DNA of 63,864 bases, filler included, from Bigelowiella natans CCMP2755 (Eukaryota; Protista; Cercozoa): NCBI GenBank assembly GCA_000320545.1. It is 9 parts of 9 records of this genome, joined end to end, with 100 filler letters (N's around TTAATTAATTAA, not from the genome) between each part and the next. Parts side by side here need not be neighbours in the genome. Positions count along the whole stretch, not along the records: positions 53,737 to 57,941 come from ADNK01002901.1; positions 58,042 to 60,545 come from ADNK01000723.1; positions 60,646 to 62,521 come from ADNK01000392.1; positions 62,622 to 63,864 come from ADNK01000670.1; 5 more parts are not named here. One strand, given 5' to 3'. The notes under the pieces were generated by a model that was not told the origin of the DNA, searched no databases, and was given only the letters and a program-made list of their open reading frames with translations. Positions 55,261 through 63,864 of this stretch are shown in pieces. Each line of letters starts with the position of its first letter. Within the stretch, counting starts at the first letter, position 1. Made by a program: the position numbers and the translations under genes.

Positions 55261-55932
55261 GCGTGCTATTCGTCGCGTCGGGGGGTGAGGCGGGGAATTC
55301 GGCCCCGCGGAACGCTTTGAAACTTATAGGTCTTAAAATTGAAATGTTTGCCAATTTTCCATGTCGTTATTTGAAATTAGCATTGTTTTGAGACAATAGA
55401 GAAATCGAGCTTTCAGTACAGAAAATGCTATATCTATCATGTCGCAGTCAAAAATTCACATTAATTTAAGACGTTAAACCCAGTCTAAAAATCGAAGGGA
55501 GTTGGAAAAATATGTTGTCGGAAATATGAAATGCAAGTAAATTATCGAGATCGGACAAGCGTCGATATTTCTGATCTAATTCTCTGTAAATCGTATTGTC
55601 GTTCTTTGCTAGTCGCCTGCCCTCTTCTTCGCTACTGTCGCTTTGGCGAGAAGTGAGCGCGAAAATGCTAGTTCTCTGTTGGCCTTTTTCGCCACTTTCG
55701 AATTAGAAGTCAGCTCAGAACAAAACCCACATGCGACAAGGCCAGAAAAGAGTCGCAGAGGAAAATGAATTCCTGAAGTCAGCAGTTTTGGCTTGAATTT
55801 CGAAGAAGTTTGCAAGTTTTATAGGGGAACTGCAAAAAGAAGTTCGGAGTTATTAGGATTTTCGTTAAAATGAAGTGCGAAATAGAGATCGAAGAATTAG
55901 ATATTTGCCATCAGAGAGCAGCAGGTCGGGAA

Positions 55933-56997
55933 TGGCTTCCAACGCGGAATCCGATGCCTCGCGAGGCATGCACGAAGGGGAATCCAAGCAACTCGATGAC
56001 GAGCAGGTATGATCTAGCTCCCTCCATTTCTTAAATTTTCCGAGAGTACTTCGTACACTTGTGTTCGTTGAATGGCTGCTCTCCTCTTACTTTCTGCCCC
56101 CGACGCTGGTGTCCGCACGGAGGAGTATTGATTTCCCGTTTTTCCGAAGCAAGATCTTGTAAATGATGTAGGAGGACTGGCCATTCAGCTGATTTGCTTC
56201 ATATTTTCCGATTTCCGAGTTTCGTCGTCTTCACTCATCCCCTTTAAATGGCTTCTGTGTAGTTTGCAAGGAGCCTTGCGAGTGCCTTCCGAGAGGAGGA
56301 ACTTAGAAGGAAGATCGAAGATGTGCGCTCTAACTACTAACCGATCTACCATTCCCGCAACTGCCGATTGCTTACATCTATCATGTTCGCCACTCTCCCT
56401 GTGCCCCCCCCACCCTCCGAAATCTCTCGATGTTTGCAGAACAAGGCATCAATGGAGCTGATCCGGAAGTTGACCGCGGCCGAAAAAGCCCGTCCCAATC
56501 GATTGTAATACACACGCATGGAAAACACGAATCGTTTGTAATACATACGCATAGGAAAAAGGAAAGCAACTTGAACTCGAATCGTAAATGCTGAGCTTTA
56601 AGTTGGAAGCGCGGCGGCAAAGAACCGACAAACCTAGCAGCTCCTGTGATAGATCGCACCGCGTTCTAAGTGTATTTTCACGAAATAATGCACAGGTCGC
56701 TGCCGGAGGATGTTGATATAAAGGCGGCCAATCAAACCTTCAAATCAGGGCATTGGCAGCAGCAGTCTCTTCAGAAGAATAACGAGTATCCCAGGTAAGT
56801 ATATAAAACTTTTGTTTAAGCATATACTTGTTACAACTAATTTCTTGTGCTCTCGCCCCCGCCCTCCCCCCTCCCCGCTCACACCTTTGAAGAGAATGGA
56901 CCTGTCAGAGATGCACGTTGCAAAATTCGGTATTTATATCTCAAAGCCGCATTGTCCAAACACGAGTAGTTATTTACAGAACGAAATTAATTTGAAG

Positions 56998-57032
<35 letters not shown>

Positions 57033-57672
57033 TAATATTACATTTCACATTATACTCAACTGCAGGCGCCATCAAAACAGTGTGCTGCCTGTGGATATGC
57101 GCCCTCGATCCCCCCTCCGGTTTCCTCGGAAGGAAGTGTGGAGGGGGGCGGGGGGGCGGGGGGGCGGAAACGATCTAGAGATAACGCTGGGTACAACGCC
57201 AATAGTCCTTTTGCGCAAGACCGAGAAAACACTTTCACAATTACGGCAAACCAACCAATTGCGCGTCCATTAAAAGGTTATTCGATCCCTCCATTCCCCC
57301 AAACGCTGCAGGAGCAGTACGAGCAGCTCAAGCGCGAGGTACAGTTTTGAGGCATGTATATAGCAGCGAAGACTGTTAGAATACAAGGGGGTGAGGGGGA
57401 GAGAGGAGGAGAGGCAGGAGGAGAGAGGGAGAGAGGGAGAGAGAGAGAGAGAGAGAGAGAGAAGATGAAGATGAGAGAAATAAAAGAGAAGAAAGGTTGA
57501 AATATGGTGAGGTGTGCGCGCTCTATGGTCGAATACTCGTGAATACGACGCTGAATTCCATCCTCAGTTGATAAAAGAACAACACGTGGAAAGCAAGGAG
57601 CTGTGCGTCAGCGGGGTGTGTAATAAAAACGACATTATTGCGATATCACCCACCCACACACACACACACACG

Positions 57673-57705
<33 letters not shown>

Positions 57706-57900
57706 ACCCTAATCCCCCCCCCCCCCCTATCCCCCGTCCACCCAACAATTGTGGATATCCAAATCTAGGGAATGCATCTACAAATGTCTCCAGGCCCTCG
57801 CTTTGCCGGATAAAAAAGGTTCAGGGACCAAAGTGCGGCTGGCCCACAGGGAAGGCCCCTAACTTCTTTTAGGCGAGCCTTTTCGTATTAGGGAGATGGG
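55933..57900 (+). CDS. Unknown multi-exon protein, 3' end probably cut by the gap
   Basis: MASNAESDASRGMHEGESKQLDDEQ|...SLASAFREEELRRKIED|NKASMELIRKLTAAEKARPNR|...SLPEDVDIKAANQTFKSGHWQQQ|...QTLQEQYEQLKRE. Confidence 0.5.
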
Positions 57901-58116
57901 GTGGTTGTTTTCCCATGGATGGGCCAGGTGTTGGAGACTACNNNNNNNNNNNNNNNNNNNNNNNNNNNNNNNNNNNNNNNNNNNNTTAATTAATTAANNN
58001 NNNNNNNNNNNNNNNNNNNNNNNNNNNNNNNNNNNNNNNNNTTTAAAAGTACTGGTAGTCGTCATTCGTGGGCCGACAAACTACCTGATATAGCCATACG
58101 AATACACACATTCACA

Positions 58117-58163
<47 letters not shown>

Positions 58164-58199
58164 CATATATGTTTCGAGTGCACTTTGCATACGCACGAT

Positions 58200-58643
58200 G
58201 GCTTCAAACAACAGCTACTCTCGCAATGCGACAACTTAGGCAGCGAATCGGGAGAAGCAAAAATCAAGGAGGGGCTACGAGGGGTTGGCGTGAAACAAAG
58301 CAAAACGACGTCCCTAGCGAGGCCACGAGATATAGAGTATCATCTTGCATATGCGAATTCCATCCCATGCCCTCCCACTAGCTAGACACCACAGTTATCA
58401 TTCATCGATTGTAGCCATTGCAGCAGCAGCAGCAGCAGCAGCACGGCGCGCTATAACACGTACCCATCCGTGAGAGCCTCGACGAAGAAATAGCTCCACT
58501 TGTATTCCACATACGGGATGCTAATCGGTGCATGTAAGTAGACGACATATAAGACACAAAAAGGGGGGGGGGGGGGGTGACGGCAGCGGGGGGAGGTACA
58601 GGTACAAGGGCACAATTACTTCTAGCTCGTATTATATACGTAC

Positions 58644-58684
<41 letters not shown>

Positions 58685-58996
58685 TGTACACATATTTTAT
58701 GAAATTTCTCCATCAACTTACGCTATACATATGCACGGATGCTTTGCACGTTTTCCTCTCCCCGCCCCCCCCCCCCCTTTCCCCTTTCCTTTCTTTTTCC
58801 CATTTATCACCTGGATCCCTCGGGGTTGCAGCCCCTGATAAAGCACCGCATGCAGTACCTGGCGATTAAAGCATATCGTGTGAGCAGGAAGAGCTTGCTA
58901 GTTGTTTGCTGGTGCTCTATGTGAGCGTCAGCAAGGGATAATAACGTGGGAGTATGGAGCCAACAGCAGTGTCTTAGAACCGTTACAGCTTGTTTC

Positions 58997-59040
<44 letters not shown>

Positions 59041-59424
59041 CCACTCTCGCTCGCTCTCTGCCTCCTCATCATCATCAGTGCCTCTCTCCTCGCGCAGCGC
59101 TTGAAATATGAAGAGCACTACTTGTAATCGGCGCAGGCGTCGTTCTTGACCTTCCGGGAGAATCTGAGCAAAGGTGGGGAGGAAACATCAGGGGGGGACG
59201 GACGGCCTGGTTGATGCCGGCGGCACAATGCCGGGAAAGATGTTTTCGCTGCGCCCCCAAATTGGGGTGTAAATCGGTTGCATATCACCCAGCTAATGAG
59301 CGCCATCTGTCATCCCCGAACGACTGAGTATGGCAATCGGTCATTGAAACACAGGCATCAATTCAGTGCAGAAAGAAAGAGAGATATAATACATATAATG
59401 CGCGCGCCCGCGCGCTCAGTGTGC

Positions 59425-59459
<35 letters not shown>

Positions 59460-59676
59460 ACACGAATGCATCGTCATATCCAGCTATCATTATGATGATA
59501 TCTTGATAATCGGATGTGTGGTTTGGCGCATGCAAGCATCACATCAGCTGAGTAGATCTCCCAACAGCGGCTGTGTAAGTAGTACCAGATCGTCCTCGGT
59601 AAAGGAGAACCGGAGAGGAAGCTGCTGTGGAGGAATCTAGATAGAAAGTACACGCACATCTCAACTCATATACTCT

Positions 59677-59711
<35 letters not shown>

Positions 59712-60099
59712 TATAATGATGGCTGAGGCATATCAGTAATAATGAAGCATCCAAAGTCTAGGAGCAACCTACAACTGTCCCATTGAGATGGGAATGGTGG
59801 AATAATCGCTAGAAACAATCTTCATTTTCTGTTTCAAGAAGGCAGCAGTACCTTGACGCTTTGGGCGTCCGGAGACGGGTGGACCAACTCATAAGCGAGC
59901 GCCATTCTGCAAATAATAACCACGAACCGACAACATTAGACGTGTGAGCGGCGTGTGATGTGAAGATCGATCGATGGAGTTTGCATGTTGTATGAATAAT
60001 GCCGAAGAAGAAGAAAGAAAAAGAAGAAGTAGGAAGAGAATCCTGGGACATGTATAGTATCGATATATAGAATAAAATCACAGATTATGTGTGTATATA

Positions 60100-60138
<39 letters not shown>

Positions 60139-60545
60139 GTTTGTCGCATTAAGAATCACGTTGTGAGTTTGTCAAGAAAGACATCGTAGTCCAGGTCACG
60201 GAGATCCATCACCACGGTGAGATGGACATGCGTGCTAAGCAATGGGGGGGGATGAATGATGACAGAGGAGAGATGAGCACAAGTGCGATGAGAGTTCCTT
60301 ATGTACTGGATCATGCAGCATAGATGTACAGACCCCCCCCCTCCCCCCCGCGCATGTGCGTGTGCGTGCGGGGAGGACGCGGAGTGACATGGTAAATTTA
60401 GTGCCTGTGCGAAAGGGGGGCGGGAGCGGGGCCTTTTTTTAGGGCTAGTGGTGGGGAGATGCGTCAGCAAACCCTAAGATCGTGTGGGCGCTGCCCCCCG
60501 CCTCCCACCACCATGAATGTCCTCACGAACTCCAGTTGTTTGTTC
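58200..60545 (-). CDS. Internal exons of an unknown gene spanning this contig
   Basis: NKQLEFVRTFMVVGGGGQRPHDLR, MDLRDLDYDVFLDKLTT, MALAYELVHPSPDAQSVK, KLFLLTRYALIAR and IPYVEYKWSYFFVEALTDG, mostly AG/GT-bounded. Confidence 0.45.
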
Positions 60546-60893
60546 NNNNNNNNNNNNNNNNNNNNNNNNNNNNNNNNNNNNNNNNNNNNTTAATTAATTA
60601 ANNNNNNNNNNNNNNNNNNNNNNNNNNNNNNNNNNNNNNNNNNNNTGTGTGTGTGTACTAGGGATTTCGCCGTGGGGAGATGACGGTATTTGCTGCAATG
60701 CTGATGATGATTGTGATGATGATGGTGGTGATAGTGATGATGGTGATGCTGATCCAGAATTTTGGGTGATGATACACGCACTCACGCGCACGTGTACTCT
60801 TTTGAAAATGAGCTTGGCAAAATAGTTGGAAAGGCTGTATTTATCAACTACACCCCCCCCACACACAACACAAACACACACACACACACACAT

Positions 60894-60978
<85 letters not shown>

Positions 60979-60986
60979 TATTGCAG

Positions 60987-61142
60987 GTGGTGACTGGGCC
61001 GACAGGTGTTGGTAAGACGTCGTTCCTCTCACAGCTCTCGCTCGATTACGCACAGCAAGGGGTAGGCGGATACATGTGTGTGCATCATAGTATCCATTAG
61101 CAGTGCGTGCAGCTTCAAATTAATATACAACAATCGTCGTCG

Positions 61143-61173
<31 letters not shown>

Positions 61174-61667
61174 CATCATCGTCATCATCATCTTCACCTT
61201 CTCCTCACACTCTCCGCCACCAGGTACAGACATTGTGGGGATCCTTCGAAATTCCCAATGCCCGTCTTGCAAAGAGGATGTTGTCGCAGTATGCGCGGAA
61301 GGTACGATGCCACGAATCGGGAGAGGGGGGGGTGGGGGGGGGGATGGCAGTCTTGACGCTGCTGTTGCGCTCGATATGATGATGATATGGGTAACAATGT
61401 TTAAAGCAGCTCTGAATTCAAGGAGACATTCCTGATAGCACCTCTTTCTCTCTCTCAGGACTTTTCGAGGAGCATAGCAGATTTCAATGATTCGGCAGAT
61501 CAGTTCCAAGAGCTGCCTCTGTAGTGTTCCACGCATAATAATAAATAAATAAGAAGAGGAAGGAAAGAGAGAGAGAGAGAGAGACAGAGAGAATGGAGGG
61601 GGGAGGAAAGAGGATGATGATGATGATGATTGTGAAGAGATTGTCACTCTCTCCCTTAAACCCCCGC

Positions 61668-61716
<49 letters not shown>

Positions 61717-62345
61717 TTTGTGCATGTTTGTGCGTGGCTGGTAAATCATTCTCATCATTATCATCATTATCTCGGCTATTATCCCACCCACACCAGGTAC
61801 TTCTTGCGTTTCTTCGGAATGACGGAAGTCGAGAAAGTCATCGATGCAATGGACTACGCGGTTATATATTCAATATATATACATATATAATATTCATTAT
61901 TTTACAAAATTCATTCATGTGGTTTCCTTTTTCGTCGGAAATCGTCTTCTCCTCCTCCCCTCCCTTAGCTTCTTCACCACTGCCAATCCCTCTCTCTCTC
62001 TCTCTCTCTCCCTCCCTCCCTCCCCAAATATGCGTCTGATCTCATGATATGTGTCGTGCTTTTCGTCGTTGTTGTCGTCGTCATCGTCGGGCAGATCTAC
62101 GTGTACGATGTGCAGCACGTGCTGCTAGATAACCTGCAGTTTATGATGGGCCTGCAGCAAGGAAGTAAGTGAGAGGGGGGGGGGGGGGATAGGAGTAGTA
62201 GTATGATCATGATATGGTGATGATGATGAAGATAATGACAACGATAATGATGATGATGATGATGATGATGACTGTTATTGTGTTATCATCAGGTTTTCGC
62301 ACCAAATTCGATGCCCAGGACTACGCGTTGGATCTTTTCAGGAAG
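60987..62345 (+). CDS. TWNK: Twinkle (T7 gp4-like SF4) organellar DNA helicase, internal helicase-domain exons; both ends lost at gaps
   Basis: VVTGPTGVGKTSFLSQLSLDYAQQG|VQTLWGSFEIPNARLAKRMLSQYARK|...ELPL|YFLRFFG...VIDAMDYA|IYVYDVQHVLLDNLQFMMG|...FDAQDYALDLFRK. Confidence 0.93.
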
Positions 62346-62621
62346 GTAGTACAGGATGATGATGATGATGTCATGGAAATGACGAAGATCGGCATGGAAG
62401 TGAAGAATGTATGTGTGTGTGTATGTGTGTGTGTGAGTGTGTGTCTGCATATAAATTAATAATTATTATTATTATATATATATATATATATATATATAGT
62501 CACACACACACACACACACACNNNNNNNNNNNNNNNNNNNNNNNNNNNNNNNNNNNNNNNNNNNNTTAATTAATTAANNNNNNNNNNNNNNNNNNNNNNN
62601 NNNNNNNNNNNNNNNNNNNNN

Positions 62622-62679
<58 letters not shown>

Positions 62680-62744
62680 ACTAAGCTCTACGCCGCGCGC
62701 AGCGAATTTTAGAGAACAGGTGCTGCTCCATCTACCACTTTTTT

Positions 62745-63455
62745 ACCCGATTTATTTTTCATCCTCTCTATCTTGAGATTCAGCGCTTCCTCGCGTGCAT
62801 CCTTCAAGAGCGCCTGCGATTGCGCGCCAACGACGAGCAGGGGAACGTTAGGAATAAAGAGAAGAGGGTACAGCTAGGTTTGAAACAGCGTCCGCGCTTT
62901 CGGACGACTATAGGGTGTGGCCTACCTCGACGGTGTCCTCCGGCAGTTTGGAAGCCATAAGTGCAACTTTAGTTCTGGTTAATGGGAAATGACGATAGAT
63001 ACATGTCGTGATTGAAAGTTTCCCCTGCTACCTACCGTCTTTGGCTCTCTCTCTATAGGAAATGATCATAAATTAATCTTTTTACAATTAATAATTAGGT
63101 ATATGATTATATTGATTATTTTTATGCAAATATCCACATCTCTCTATACGCACATTGCGCTCAGCATGTAGATACGTTAATCTGATTATTTTCCCTGTGT
63201 TCTATTTTCTGTGATTTCCCCTGGCTTGCTAACCGCCCCCCTCTCCCCTCTCCCCTCCCCCCTCTCCATTCGGCATTGTAGTAGCCGATGATACGCTCAG
63301 GGTTGCAGTCACTTTAGGTCGATGTTCGAGGTTCGTAATTTAGCGTTTTCCTCTGCGAGTAAAGGAGCACAGCATGTACGAATACGAAAACAAATAATAA
63401 GCTATATTATAAACACCCGCCCACCCACACACACATACAAACGGAGAGAGAGAGA

Positions 63456-63492
<37 letters not shown>

Positions 63493-63780
63493 GCATAAAT
63501 AGACGCATTCAGATAGGCAATGGCTCGCTCTCTGCTCTCCTTCGTCTTTTGCCGTTTTCGGGAAACAAAGGAGACAATGGCGTTATAAGGCTACTCCTAT
63601 TCGCGCCTGTTAGTTTCTCGATCGCCTTCAAGTAATTTCCCTATTAAAAAAAAATATAGAATATGAGAAAGGACAAAACTCGGACTGCCAAAGTAGCATC
63701 CCCCTCCCCGTCTTCCCGTTCCATTATCCTCTACCTGCTCCTTGGTTTTGTCTGCATCATAAGCCTTGGCGAGCATATCT
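62745..63780 (-). CDS. Internal exons of a coiled-coil protein
   Basis: DMLAKAYDADKTKEQ|GNYLKAIEKLTGANR|EENAKLRTSNIDLK|ELKVALMASKLPEDTVE|ALLKDAREEALNLKIERMKNKS. Confidence 0.55.
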
Positions 63781-63864
63781 GCAAGTCATCACAACAGCAG
63801 GTGAATGGCGTCAAACACACCGACTCTGAAAAATTCTTTCCCCTTGCCCCCCCCCAACCCCCCC

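Noticed and set aside
55933-60545. Primase and zinc-binding N-terminus of Twinkle
   Set aside because: No TOPRIM or CxxC pattern was found in order, and the contig at 58042-60545 carries minus-strand exons.

Overview
Eukaryotic nuclear DNA with many GT-AG introns, from an alga with a secondary green plastid. Nucleus-encoded psaE and a green-type psbQ carry signal-peptide plus transit-peptide leaders, which points to a chlorarachniophyte (inference). The window is nine contigs joined by eight identical 100-bp artificial spacers (N44-TTAATTAATTAA-N44), so several genes are cut. From left to right: (1) a rearranged, tail-to-tail doubled Ty3/gypsy LTR retrotransposon (1-4160); (2) a ~2 kb tract almost free of the dinucleotide TpA that starts exactly at the LTR edge; (3) divergent psaE and psbQ; (4) a large unidentified multi-pass membrane protein gene; (5) a probably plastid-targeted Rubisco-LSMT-type SET protein; (6) a secreted beta-propeller-like protein with a frameshift; (7) GpsA/GLY1-type glycerol-3-phosphate dehydrogenase; (8) Alba/RPP25-like; (9) a YY1-like zinc-finger protein with a REPO/BCL7-like motif; (10) a tandem Tudor/SH3-like repeat protein; (11) a ubiquitin-like plus coiled-coil protein; (12) CPSF6/7-like; (13) a membrane H+-pyrophosphatase; (14) Twinkle helicase, plus several unidentified gene fragments. 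The strongest unexplained signals are the TpA desert, which suggests a regional TpA->TpG/CpA mutational process, and palindrome-rich GCTAGC/GCATGC tracts that recur downstream of gene 3' ends. All gene models were read by eye and need RNA-seq confirmation.
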